Below, piece after piece: positions 49,105 to 60,779 of a stretch of 64,000 nt of DNA (within the stretch, counting starts at the first letter, position 1; each line of letters starts with the position of its first letter). The translations under genes were made by a program, and so were the position numbers. The stretch comes from Felis catus (lineage: Eukaryota), in contig NC_058373.1 of the NCBI RefSeq assembly GCF_018350175.1, positions 114,268,001 to 114,332,000 on the forward strand. The letters are read 5' to 3'. Below the pieces are notes generated by a model. That model worked only from the letters and a program-made list of their open reading frames with translations, was not told the DNA's origin and searched no databases.

Positions 49105-49281
49105 TTTTTTTTTTTTTTTTTTTCAGTTTGTTTGCTTGTTTGTTTATTGAGAGAGAGAGTGTGCACTCAAGCAACGGAGGGGCAGAGGGAGAGAGGGAGA
49201 GAGAATCGCAAGCAGGCTCCATGATGTCAGTGCAGAGCCCAACGCTGGCCTCGATCCAACGAACCGAGAGATCCTGACCTG
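49105..49281 (-). mobile_element. 5'-truncated CanSINE
   Basis: Antisense body stops at ...ATCCTGACCTG; 19-bp TSD AAAGCCGGGCACC(G/A)TTCCT at 49086-49104 and 49282-49300. Confidence 0.93.
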
Positions 49282-50769
49282 AAAGCCGGGCACCATTCCT
49301 GACCATAACGGGACACTGACTGTGCGTGGCCTGGCACCTTCCGCTTGGACTTGCACAGTTTGTCAACTGTCCCTCTTGGCCTCTGCACTTGGCTCCAAGG
49401 GCATCTTCAGCCTGGTGACTGCTGGAGAGTCACCCTTCCAGTATCTTCCTCCATTGCCCTCTTCTGGGCCTCTTCTTGATGAGCTTTTGCTTATTGGGTC
49501 CAAAGCTCGTGATGCGCTGATGGTGTGCAGGGAGGGAGAGAGGGAGGGAGGGAGGAAGGCACTGACAAGAGAAGACTCCACCCTGCCCTCAGGGAGCTAC
49601 CCCAGGACGAGGGTCACCCTGCTTTGCTCCTGTGGGAGCCCCTGCTTGCAGGTGGCCTGACGGCCCCACACAGGCATTCAGTTCACCAGCTCCGGGCTCC
49701 GCCTGCTCAGGTCTCACTCAGGGACATTTTCAAAACAGCTGCAATGCAGGCATGAAGCCCTGTCCTCTCCAAAGGCTGCCTTTATCCGGAGACTCTTCTT
49801 AGTTCTGCTTCCCCTCCCTCCGGCTCATGAGAGGAGGGTAGAGGAGGCGAGAAAAGAGAATCTAATCTTTCTCAAGGATCACATTTTGTCTCTTTTCCCT
49901 CTGAGCTCTCTTGGCTCCAACCAAAACCCTGCACTCCCTTCTGCCCTGTGGGGTCTTAATATCTATACCCTCACCTGGATCAAGCCCCCTCTTCCTGGGT
50001 TGTCCCATCAGCCCCTCTGTGAAGCCTGTAACGTCACCTCCTAGACAGCATCTTTCTCTAACTGGCCTTGGCCCGCATTAAGGCCACAGCTCTCTACAGC
50101 CTCCCAGAGCCCACATCTCTGATTCAGTGACTGAGGCAGGTAGGTGTTTAGGGGAGTCTGGGTTAGGTCCACTGGAAGCCAAAGGAAATAACAGTGGTCT
50201 GATTCAAGGCCTCCAGAAATGAGTCACCCCCCCAGCCCATCAACCAGCCCTGTTACACAATGTCACGCCCACATTATTCATGAATGATCAGCTTTGGTTT
50301 CCTAGACAGCAGAGCCCAACCAGGACTTTGGGAGCCCAAGCATGACTTATCGGTCTGTTATGGGCTCAACATCAAGTATAAGCCTTCCCTCTGTCCAAAC
50401 TATGGAATGCAAGAGCACCGAGTCAGGGAGGCTCATCCTCGGAATGCCTTCCCAAAGCCTCTGGTCCCCCTGAACAGGCAGTCCTGTATTTCACACCTTG
50501 GGAAAATGTCCCCTGTGAATACGCTGAGTGGGAAGGGTTCTGCAAGGCTGGTGGGGGCCGGCTGGCCAGGGTGTGCACCATCCGTGCCCAGCCCCCCCTT
50601 TGCCCAGTCTGGGGCTGGCATCTCCAGCTACGGCCTGCACCCCATGGGATAGACCAGCATTCTCTTCGTTTTTCACTCCTTCCAATGCAGATCAACTTGA
50701 AGACCTGCCAGGGTGGAGTTAGACTTGAATGGTGACTTTTCTCCACATGGGCCAGAGGGTGAGAAGCTG

Positions 50770-51000
50770 CTATGGTCAGAAACATGGCTTTGAAGAGCCA
50801 GAGGCCTGGCCCCGAGTCCCAACCCTGCCAAGTGCCAGCTCAACAAACGACTTCACCTCTGTGAACCTCAGTGTCCTCACTTAGAAAATGGGAATAACAG
50901 TAATGACAGGCGTTCAGGACTGTTGTAAGTTTTGAATGACACTGTGTGTATAAATGCCTGACACAGGGTGACCCCCTCCTTCAGTGGTCCTGCCTTTCTT
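50770..51000 (+). mobile_element. MIR
   Basis: CATGGCTTTGAAG...CTTCACCTCTGTGAACCTCAGTGTCCTCACTTAGAAAATGGGAATAACAGTA. Confidence 0.85.
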
Positions 51001-51080
51001 GTTGCCTCTGCTGTTGTTATTACCACCACCACCAGAGGCCAAGGTCTTTCTTACCATAAAAAGACTAGTCTTATTTCTTT

Positions 51081-51306
51081 TTTTTTTTTTTAATTTTTTT
51101 TCCACGTTTTTATTTATTTTTGGGACAGAGAGAGACAGAGCATGAACGGGGGAGGGGCAGAGAGAGAGGGAGACACAGAATCGGAAACAGGCTCCAGGCT
51201 CCAAGCCATCAGCCCAGAGCCTGACGTGGGGCTCGAACTCACGGACCGCGAGATCGTGACCTGGCTGAAGTCGGACGCTTAACCGACTGCGCCACCCAGG
51301 CGCCCC
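51081..51306 (-). mobile_element. Young CanSINE (SINEC_Fc-like)
   Basis: CpG-rich body; TSD AAGACTAGTCT(T/C)A(T/C)TTCTTT at 51061-51080 and 51307-51326. Confidence 0.97.
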
Positions 51307-52354
51307 AAGACTAGTCTCACTTCTTTCTGCATTCTCCATACAAGGCACACAGTAAGACATAGTAAATGGTAGTTAGGGGGAGTTAAACTTCAGAAAGTGT
51401 GAAGCCCTAGAGAGAGAGAACAGCGTGTGCAAAGGCCCTGTGGTGGGAAAGTCAATGGCACATTTGCAGAGAATGCTGTAGAAACAAATACAAGCCAAGC
51501 AGATGCCCCAACCAATCCTCCCACCCCATACTTTGCATCACAAGACCACTGAGGCCTGGGGCCCCGATGCCTGCTCAAACCTTCTGTTCCTCTCAGCAAG
51601 GAAATTTCCAACAAGACAGAAATGCCTAAGGTGAGCTGAACCCTGAAGGACCCAAAGGAGCAGAAATATGCGGGTGAGAGGATGCTGAGGTCTTTTGTGT
51701 TTGGATGCTACAAGGAAATCATTCCCCCAACCTGCCTGGGTAACCAGTACTTGGGATTGGATGGTTAGAAAGTGGAGGAAGAAGGTGCTGGGGAAGGAAC
51801 CCCAGGCAGGGGCTGTGGTTGCCAGGTGGGGAAAGAGAATTTTGCATACTAAGCCAAAACAATGAGGGGGGGGGGGGTCTACCCTCCATGTAGCTTCTAG
51901 TCCCTCACCCCCGCCATGCTCACAATGCATGGGTACAGCCCAGTGCCACCAACCAAGCTGAATACTTAATTCCTACCCCTACCTCCACCCCCACCCTCAC
52001 CCCCACCCTTCTCCAACCTCTTGGAAACTGTCTCCCTTTCCATCCTGCCATCCCCCTCTCTCATTCTGCCAGAGCCTCCCTCAACTTAAGCTATTCACCC
52101 TCCCCGGGGCATTTGCATTTAGTAAAAACAAGGACCACAACACTCCAGAGGAGGGGTTCATTAATGGTTCCCCTCCCAGCCCTCTGAAATCACAAAGAGC
52201 AAGGCTTCTGCCAGAGCTTGCTGAGGCTCTCAGGGTTGGGGTGGGGTCTGAGGAGGCAGAATGGCCATCAGGAACTGGTCCTGAGGTAAGTCTCCCCAAC
52301 TCTCAGACCTAGAACTGAGTTATCAGATGAAGTTCTATAACCTAATGCACTGTG

Positions 52355-53250
52355 TTTTTTTTTTTAAGTCAGGTTTATTAAGATATAATTTACATATGGC
52401 AAAATCCATCTGTTTTATTTTAAGTTTATTTATTTATTTTGAAAGAGAGAGAACAAGCAGGGGAGGGGGCAGAGAGAGAAAGAAACCCAAGCAGGCTCCA
52501 CCCTGTCAGCACATAGCCCGATGCGGGGCTCAAACTCATGAACCATGAGATCATGACCTGAGCCCAAACCAAGGGGGCCACACACCAAAATGAGCCACCC
52601 AGGTACCCCTAATCTTAGCCATTCTAAAAGGTATATAGTGGATTCTCATTATGATTTTAATTTAGCGATTAATGATGTTAAACATCTTTTCATGTGTTTA
52701 TTTGCCATCCGTATTTTTTCTGTGGTGAAATTTGTGTCCAAATACTCTGCCCATGTCAAAAATCGAACTGTTTTCTTACTACTGAGTTTGGGGAATTTTT
52801 TTATATATACTAAATATAGGTCCTTTCTGTCAGATACAGATTTTGCAAACATTTTTTTCCCAGTCTGTGGTTTGTCTTTTCATTTTCCTAACAGTGTCTT
52901 TCTAAAACCAAAAGTTTTTAATTTCGGTTAAGTCTAATTGGTCCACTTTTTCCTTCCTAGATTGTGCCTCTGGTGTCATAACCAAGAATCTTTATCTACC
53001 CCAAGTCACAGAGATTTTTCTCCTGTGTTTTCTTCTTTCGTACTTTTAGGCTGTTTCTTTCATACCTTCTATGTTTTTGTCTTTCATATTTTTTGAGTTA
53101 TAAGCCAAGGCCTTTTTTTTTCCATTATGGATGTCCAAGTTTTCTAGCACCGTTTTCGTTTCAAAAGACTATCCTTCCCCCATTGAATTCTCCTTGTTTG
53201 ATTACTGTAGCTTCATAGTAACTCTTGAAACAGTGTGAGTCCTCTTCTTG
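52355..53250 (-). mobile_element. L1M LINE-1 fragment (3' terminus plus ORF2 C-terminal region), interrupted by a CanSINE
   Basis: ORF 52649-52852(-) FAKSVSDRKDLYLVYIK..WAEYLDTNFTTEKIRMANKHMKRCLTSLI matches L1 ORF2 (FAN..SDKGLIS.IYK..WAKDLNRHFSKEDIQMANKHMKRCSTSLI). Confidence 0.9.
52413..52609 (-). mobile_element. Older CanSINE without visible TSD
   Basis: Antisense body ending ...GAGCCACCCAGGTACCCC. Confidence 0.9.
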
Positions 53251-53309
53251 CCACTATTTCCCCCCCAAGTCCCTTCTCTTTGCAGAGGTCTTCCAGGCCA
53301 GGAGGCAGA

Positions 53310-53818
53310 GGCTGACAAAGTTCCAGGGCCCTGATGTGGCCTCGCTGGCCCTGTGATACCAATGCCACCGACTCCTCTCCTGTCGCTCTGCCTCCAGCAG
53401 TGCTGAAGTGCTTCTGTGCTCTGCTTTCATCAGCATGTCAGGCCTCCAAGCCTTTGCCTGCACTGTCACCTCTGCCTGGAGGGCCTCACCCCTGCCACCC
53501 ACACCCACCCCTCTTCTTCCTCCAGGTTAACCTGGATCATCCTTCAAGGTTCAGCTAAGCCTGTTCACCTGCAGGACAACGTCTCTGACTTCCCAGGCTG
53601 GCCGAGTGCCAATTCTCTGCTTCCACGCTCCCCACCCGCACCCTTCCCTCTCTCTGAGCATCTACCACATTCAATCAATAGACACACGAAATGAGTCTTC
53701 TGCTACCGCCAACACCCCAGGGCACACAGTGTGTCTACCTTAGCTGGCTCCTCCCGGTGCCCAGCCCAGGGCCTGGCACAAAGTTGGTGCCAACACACGG
53801 CTGTTGAATGAACAGAAT
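53310..53818 (+). mobile_element. L2 3' end
   Basis: GCCTTTGCCTGCACTGTCACCTCTGCCTGGA...TCATCCTTCAAGGTTCAGCT...AGGGCCTGGCACAAAGTTGGTGCC...TGTTGAATGAACAGAA. Confidence 0.85.
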
Positions 53819-54087
53819 TGATGGCAGAATTTCCCCCGTGCCCCAAAACAGTGGCGGGTGGAAGATGCCATGCTCGTGGCCCAGCCTGGAGAGGTGACGA
53901 GCTTTTCGGCTATTTTCTCCTCCTCTTTTCTTGTGTTCTTAATCAGAGACCTAGAGAGCCTCAGATATATTGAAGGATGCTCAGGAAATTCTGGCTCCTG
54001 AGAGACAAGGAATTTTTCCTAAAAAATAGGGATCTTACGAGGGACATCGAGGAGAACAGACATGGCTTCCTCCAAAGGCTCCCACAC

Positions 54088-54362
54088 AAGCAATACAGCA
54101 TAGCGGTCAGAGTGTGGGCCAGACCCAGCTGCCCAGGTCTGAATTCAGAGTACCTGAACCCACTGCTGCCCTACCACTAGGGCAGGCTACTTCCCTTCTC
54201 TATGCCTCAGTGTCCTCATCTGTAAAATGGGAATAACAAAGTGCCTCTTCTTTGGGTTGCTGTAGGCATTACATGAGTCAATCCACGTATCAATAAATAC
54301 ATGTACATGCTTAAATATATACTGGCTATAAATAAATAGAAACTTGGGTCATTACCATTATT
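54088..54362 (+). mobile_element. MIR (near full length)
   Basis: TACAGCATAGCGGTCAGAGTGTGGGC...TATGCCTCAGTGTCCTCATCTGTAAAATGGGAATAAC. Confidence 0.9.
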
Positions 54363-55924
54363 TGGGGATTGAGATACCCTTGACATCCACCGCTGTCTGA
54401 AAAACAGCTCCCCCAACCCTCAGGCAGGAGCTAAGTCCTTCAACTCCCCATTGCAAGACTGCTGGACCCAGGAGCCATGTGGTGGGGAAAAGGAACAACC
54501 AGCACTGGGAACAGGCTACACCTGCCTCAGTGTCCCTGTGTACCCGTCAGGTACCCAGGGAATCCTTCCTGCTGAGGCCTGGGCTTGGCATTCATACCTG
54601 GATGCCCCGGAGTCCTCAGTGATGTGTCAGTGACACTTCAACACCAGAGCATTGGGACCATTTGCTGGGTGGAGAAGCCCACTTGCAAGAGGACCCTTGG
54701 GAAGCAGAGCCCTGTTTGCCCATGAGGGTAGGTCCCCCGAGAAAGGGGTCAAGAGAATACCCAGAGCACCACTGATTTTACTCCAGGGCAGAGAGAGGAC
54801 AATTCTCTCGACAGGAGAGGCACCGAAGTGCAGAGGGGGGCAGGGGAAGGGCAGGGAGGCAGAAGGGGGGTTCAAGCCCCAGCTCCCTTTCCCTGTGTGA
54901 GCCACTCAACTTCTTGACCCCAGGCTCCTCATCTCACCTTGGAGGAGAGCGTCACCCCTCTTCCGGGGCACCCACCGCTATAAGGAGCAAAGGGGAGAGC
55001 AGGAGAGCACCTGGGGCGCCCAGCCTTTTCTGTCCAGATCCCAGGCCACTGTTGCTGTTGTGGTGCAGCCCAGGGTAGGAGCCCCAGTCAACACAAAGGG
55101 CCGCCTAGGGAACAAAGAACCAGGAGGAGGAAAACAACCTCTGGGGCCTGGAGAGCCTGCCCACCCCCAACCCTTCACACCCAGGCCCCTGGAGATGGGA
55201 CCGGCTCGCAGCCCTGAAGGGAAGGAACCCCTCCTTCTCGCCCTATCAGTCCCCACTGGGCTTTCTGGTACCCTGGACCCTCTCCTCCCAGCACCTCCCA
55301 GCCCCAGCAGCACCGAGGAGGTCGGTGGGGGGTCAGGCGGCTGCTGGGCTAAGCGCCTCTCAGTGCAGGGCAGGGAGGGGTGGGTGGACAGCCCTTGGCC
55401 AAAGCCTCAGGGAGGAGGGCAGAGCATTCTTTTGAGTCCATTCAGCCGCTTAGCTATTTCCTGCCCTGCTCCAGCACCCGGCATGTTCCACCTGCTCTTA
55501 CTTAACCATTTCCTGTTTACGGCCTGCCTCCTGCAGCCTCCAAGCTCCAGCAGCAGTCACCAGCCCAGCAAGAGCTCCCCGGATGATGCCTGGATAGACG
55601 AGGGCCAGACCACTGCTCTCTGGGAGGGGCATCTGGTCCTTCACCTGATCCACCCCAGGGCTAGAGAGCATAGGCCCCCGGGGAAGGAAGAGGACCCTTT
55701 CCAGGCCCAGGCTGACTCATGGCAGCATTAGTCACCCCTTCCGGGAATCAGTCGTGTCCTCTGGTAGCCTCCTCTTTCCTAGGGGCCCAAAGCCTCTCTC
55801 CTGGTCGCCCCTACCCATACCCATACAGTTCTGGCAGATACAAGAGGCCCTGTGGTCCTTTTCACACAGAAAGTTCCTCTATGATGCTGACTCCTGCAGG
55901 AGAAATCTTTGGGGGGTGTCCCAT

Positions 55925-56150
55925 TACCGATTTGGGGGCCAGAGACTTGGTCCCAATCTCAGCAGCACCCCTTCTACCTACATGACTGGGGCAAGTTACA
56001 TAACCGGTCTGGACCTCAGCTAGGTTTTTTTTTGCCAAGGAGTAATAGTGACCATTTCATAGCATTGTTGTGACAACGATATCACATCATGTGCATGGAA
56101 GTTGCAGGTGCAAAATAAGCAATCGGTGTGTGGTGGTGAGTACAATTATC
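55925..56150 (+). mobile_element. MIR
   Basis: CATGACTGGGGCAAGTTACATAACCGGTCTGGACCTCAG...TCATAGCATTGTTGTGA. Confidence 0.75.
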
Positions 56151-56502
56151 ATACAGGCGATAAAAGAAAAAATGGCTCCTTTATGTCCAACGTTTTTGGA
56201 AAAATGGGAAGAAAGTCCTTGCTTCCTTGCCCTCCTGAGACTATGGGCTGATATGGAGCAAAATGAAGGAAGGTAAGAGTGTTTCTCAGCATATAATGTC
56301 TGCTGGCTGTAGAAATTGTCCCCAGCCTGGACTGTGGAGGTCGGGATGGGAGCCAGTGGAGAGTGCCAGGAGCTCCCCGTGAGGACCCAAAAGGGGCAGA
56401 GAAGGCTGCCCGGGTGCCCTCAGAACAAGTCACCCCCCAAACAAACGAAAACCCACTCGAGCCCACCGTCCCAGCCAGCCCCAGCCTCTTTTCTCTAAAG
56501 TG

Positions 56503-56740
56503 GGGTCTTTCAACCTCGGCGCTGTTGACACTGTGGACCAAATAATCCTTTGTCGTGGAGGCTGTCCTGTGCCTTGCAGGATGTTTAGCAGCATCTGCAG
56601 CCTCCACGCTCTGAGTGCCAGTAGCCTCTCCCCTCCGCTTGCCGGCTGTGACAACCAGAAATATCTCCAGACCTTGCCAGATGCCCTGGGCAGGTGAGGG
56701 TGGGGAGAGGGAATCACCCCACCTCATCGAGAATGACAAC
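56503..56740 (-). mobile_element. MER20 (hAT-Charlie), near full length
   Basis: TCAACCTCGGCGCTGTTGACA...GCTGTCCTGTGCCTTGCAGGATGTTTAGCAGCATC...GTGACAACCAGAAATATCTCCAGACCTTGCCAGATG matches the reverse complement of recalled MER20. Confidence 0.9.
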
Positions 56741-58659
56741 TATAAAGAAAGGCCTATGGAGAATAGAAGGGGAACCTTTGGTGTCCCCCAGGCCCTTCCC
56801 CTAGTCTCCTAGGCCTTTCTCCCCACCTCACCTTACCCCCAGGCCTGCCCGGGATGTCTCCCCAACCTTCCCTGGGGGAAGCAATGCCAATTCCCCCAGC
56901 ATTGGGCCACCCAGAGTCAGCTTCCAAGTGCAGGCAGCCCGCTGCATCTCGGGAAGGCAGCCTGGCCAGCTGGTGGCAATTAGCGGAGGGCTGACTCAGC
57001 AAGAAAGGCCAGGGAGCGGTCAGTGGAGGAGTCTGGGGGATAAAGGAGGAACCCGGTGCCTCAGAGATGAGCCAGAGAAGGCGGGTGTGAGGCTGAGACA
57101 AGCCACAGATGGTGTGCACCGGCACTGACCTGGGTACTTCCTGCTTGGTCAGCAGCCCACCTCTGGGGAGGCCACTGGAACTCGAGAGGGAACCGAAAGC
57201 CCCAGTTGCTAGACATCGTCTCCCGGAGACCCTAAAAGTCCAGTCAGGCTAGGCCCCACGCATTCAGGGCACTCAGGCTGGATCAGGGAAGTGGCAGGGA
57301 GCAATGGTGGAGACTTGCACGGGGCTGGAAGCTGGGGGCTCAGAGCTTCCCAGGCAACCGGCTTTGCACGTGCTCTCTCCCCAGAGGACAGAAGAGAGCC
57401 CTAAGAAGAAGGCGTCAAAGGAGGAAATTGGCAGGCTTCAGGGAAGAGATGACTTCGGGACAGGTGTTGTCCACTAAGGAGTTCTCCAGGCAGAGAAGTC
57501 GATGGAGGAAGGGCATTCGGGGAAAGGGTACACAGTCCGTGCCTAGGCCAGGGCTGCCGAAAGAATAGGGAAAGCCTGCGGGGCTGTGGGGCTGGGATAG
57601 GACCCCTGACAGGCAGCACGGTTTAGCTCTTGGGCACTGGGGTGTGAGGGCAGGGTGAGCCCGTGAGTGTTTCCCGTGGGAAAGTGGCTGACACTGAGGA
57701 TAAATGGGCAGTTTGCGCACTGCTTTCCCCCCTCCCATTCTCACCACTGAAGTTGAGGTCGCCTTGATGCCAAGGTCAAGCTGTCCTGGTGTGAACAAGC
57801 TAGCCGTTGTTCCCTCAAGACCACCTTGGCCTTGGTCAGTCCAGGGAACACACTGAGACACACGCACACCCATTCTGCCCAGTGGGAGAAAGAGATGGCC
57901 ATCACCTGGCCTAAGACCTGTAGGCAGGAGGCAGGAAATGGTGGGTTTGAGTTAGGGTTTGAACACCTGACTTTCACCGAGAACTGAAGACCTGCTGGGG
58001 GGGCAGGGGTGGGGGGTGGTGGTAATGTTCTCCCTCCTTCTTCACTGGGGCCACACCCTTCCTCCAGGCCATTCTGGAAAGTCACACTTGCTGTAAGCCC
58101 AGCCCTCAACTGCCCCAGGATAGGGAGAAGATCAGATAGAGCCAGGGTACCCAGGGCCTGGCCCCTGCTGGAGGAGCCTCCTCCCTCCTGCCCTGCCCCT
58201 GTGGGTCTGTCCTGTCCCACCCAGTCCCAGGAAAGGGCTGGAACAGTTTCCATGTCCAACAAGTCTGGGCCTCTCCTTTCTTGCCCAGGTGGCTCTTCTG
58301 GGAAAACCTAGAACAGCTGAGTGGGCTTTTCAGGATTGGCTTGGTGCAAACGCCAAAGCAAGGGATAAGCTGGCCATGTAGCAGTAATCTTACGTGCTGC
58401 CCCAGTACTTTTCTTTAGAGGATCTCAAAACCTTTTACAAGAAATAGTTGTATTAGCTGTGGGAGGACCCACAGAAGAAGGGTCATATGCCAAGCTGGTG
58501 ACAGCTTTGGCAGTGGAATGAATCTTTAAAAGACTGGCTCCAAGGGAAGCAAAACAATAGATTGCAAGGCTGAAATTGTGTCCCTAGTAAATATTATCTG
58601 AGGTTAAAACAGGAGTTCGCTCTCTGTGGCAACCTATACAAGCTGAATATGCAACAGTG

Positions 58660-58696
58660 GTGTGTGTGTGTATGTGTGTGTGTGTGCATGTGCGTG
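58660..58696. repeat. Imperfect (TG)n microsatellite
   Basis: Directly visible. Confidence 0.9.
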
Positions 58697-58839
58697 TTGC
58701 AGAGATGAGGGTAGGATAGAACAAGTCTGTGGTGACAGATTTCTGTTGGAGGGTGCCTCCAACATGAAAATCTTCCCTCTGAGATCCTGCACCCATGGGT
58801 GTCTTCTCCTCCTCTGTACCCAGGAGGGCCCAGATCTCC

Positions 58840-59284
58840 CACTTGATAGGAGACAGCCACATCAGGCCACCTATCTTCATGATGGGCACCTGGATATTTT
58901 ACCTGAAAGATGAGGCCTTTGCGTTGGAATGTCCTTCTGGTCACCGTTTCCCACAGACCCTCACCACCTCGTGCTCAGCTACCATCCCCTTCACCGTTCC
59001 CACCAATCTTAGGTGCCATCACCAGATTAACCTTCCTAAAATACTACTTCAGCTGGTCACCCATCCTTGTCCAAAAGACATTGTCCAAAATCCCCAGCAG
59101 GATACTCAAGACCCTCCACAGACCTATCTTTCACCTCTGGCCCTCCCCAACCTGAAGGTCCTCTAGACATCTCCTTGTTGGCTCGCTGTCCCCACATTGC
59201 CTTGAGACTTCCCCTCTCTCTACCCTTCTGGATCCTTCCCTCCTATCATTAAGAACCAGCTGTGCCAGGAAGCCTTCCCATCAC
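58840..59284 (+). mobile_element. L2 fragment
   Basis: CACCAGATTAACCTTCCTAAAATAC...TCAAGACCCTCCACAGACCT...CCAGGAAGCCTTCCC. Confidence 0.6.
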
Positions 59285-59300
59285 AAAGACTCTCCCACTG

Positions 59301-59494
59301 GGATGAGTCGGTTGAGCATCTGACTTCGGCCCAGGTCATGATCTCACGGTTCGTGAGTTCGAGCCCTGCATTGGGTTCACTGCTGTCAGCACAGAGTCCA
59401 CTTTGGATCCTCTGTCCCCCTCTCTCTGCTCCTCCCTGCTCATGTTCTCTATCTCTCTCTCTCAAAAATAATAAATAAGCATTAAAAAGAAAAA
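59301..59494 (+). mobile_element. CanSINE, slightly 5'-truncated
   Basis: 16-bp TSD AA(A/G)GACTCT(C/T)CCACTG at 59285-59300 and 59495-59510. Confidence 0.94.
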
Positions 59495-59571
59495 AAGGAC
59501 TCTTCCACTGAGTCTGTTACCCAGGAGATTGTGTTACCTTCTTGGATTTATATCCAGAACTCTCCCTTCTT

Positions 59572-59809
59572 TTTTTTTTTTTTTTTTTTTTTTAATTTTT
59601 TTTCAACGTTTATTTATTTTTGGGACAGAGAGAGACAGAGCATGAACGGGGGAGGGACAGAGAGAGAGGGAGACACAGAATCGGAAACAGGCTCCAGGCT
59701 CTGAGCCATCATCTGCACAGAGCCCGACGCGGGGCTCGAACTCCCGGACCGCGAGATCGTGACCTGGCTGAAGTCGGACGCCTAACCGACTGCGCCACCC
59801 AGGCGCCCC
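59572..59809 (-). mobile_element. Very young CanSINE (SINEC_Fc-like)
   Basis: Perfect 17-bp TSD CAGAACTCTCCCTTCTT at 59555-59571 and 59810-59826; long pure T tract; CpGs intact. Confidence 0.98.
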
Positions 59810-59906
59810 CAGAACTCTCCCTTCTTGAAAGGCCCCACTATCTGTACTACCCAGCCTGTCTTTATTAACAGGCTGCCTGGGTTGTGAGCTATCTTCCCAA
59901 AGAAAC

Positions 59907-60380
59907 TTGGATGTCAGATTTAGCAAATAAAAATACAAGACTCCCAGTGAAATTTGAATTTTAAATTAACAACAAAATTCATCAGTATAAATATATCTGT
60001 ATATCCCCTGTAATATTTGGAAATATACTAAATGCAAATATACAAAATACAAATATACTAAAAATTTATTTGTTGAATTTATCTAAAATTCTAATTTAGG
60101 GAGCCTGGGTGTCTCAGTCGGTTAAGCGTCCGACTTTGACTCAGGTCATGATCTCACGGTTTGTGAGTTCAAGCCCCACATCAGGCTCTGTGCTGACAGC
60201 TCAGAGCCTGGATCCTGCTTCAGATTCTGTGTCTTCTCCTCTCTCTGCCCCTCCCATGCTCATGCTCTGTCTCTGTCTCTCAATAATAAATAAACATTAA
60301 GAAAAAATATTTTTTTAACAAATAAATAAATAAATAAAATTCAAATTTCACTGGACAGCCTGTATTTTCTCGAGCAACCC
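59907..60380 (-). mobile_element. MER53, interrupted by a CanSINE
   Basis: CAGATTTAGCAAATAAAAATACAAGACTCCCAGTGAAATTTGAATTT...[SINE]...AAATTCAAATTTCACTGGACAGCCTGTATTTT...GCAACCC. Confidence 0.85.
60098..60334 (+). mobile_element. CanSINE with compound tail, inside MER53
   Basis: 14-bp TSD TAAAATTC(T/A)AATTT at 60084-60097 and 60335-60348. Confidence 0.96.
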
Positions 60381-60779
60381 AGAAGAGCAAGCATAAACCC
60401 TTGTCAGGTGCTTTGCATCTCCCTTGGGATATGACACTCAGGGGACTTCCTTAGAACCTGTATTGTTGATTGATTCCTTTTTCACCCAGTAGAGGATCAC
60501 CAGCATTCATCTGTTGGTCCCAAGACCCAGAGTCCATTCGGTCCAGTCTGAAAATCTGTGACAAGCTCACGGCAGGCCACCTATGGGAACACCTCTTCCT
60601 TCACTTCCTCATTTTCTCTTTAAATATTTGTCCTCGTGACTGCACTGGCAACAGACAGGTTTCAGGTAATGAAACTGAGTGTTGCTCTCCAACCAAAGGA
60701 GACCAGAAGATCTGAGGTGACCTACCTGGTGTCAAAGCTCAGGTCAAGCACACAGGGACTGTGAGGCCTCCAGCAACGA

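Noticed and set aside
55060..55731. 223-aa ORF, the longest in the window
   Set aside because: GTG start, low-complexity Pro/Gly content, no recognisable homology or exon structure.
56149..56739. 196-aa ORF
   Set aside because: Runs through MER20; chance open frame.
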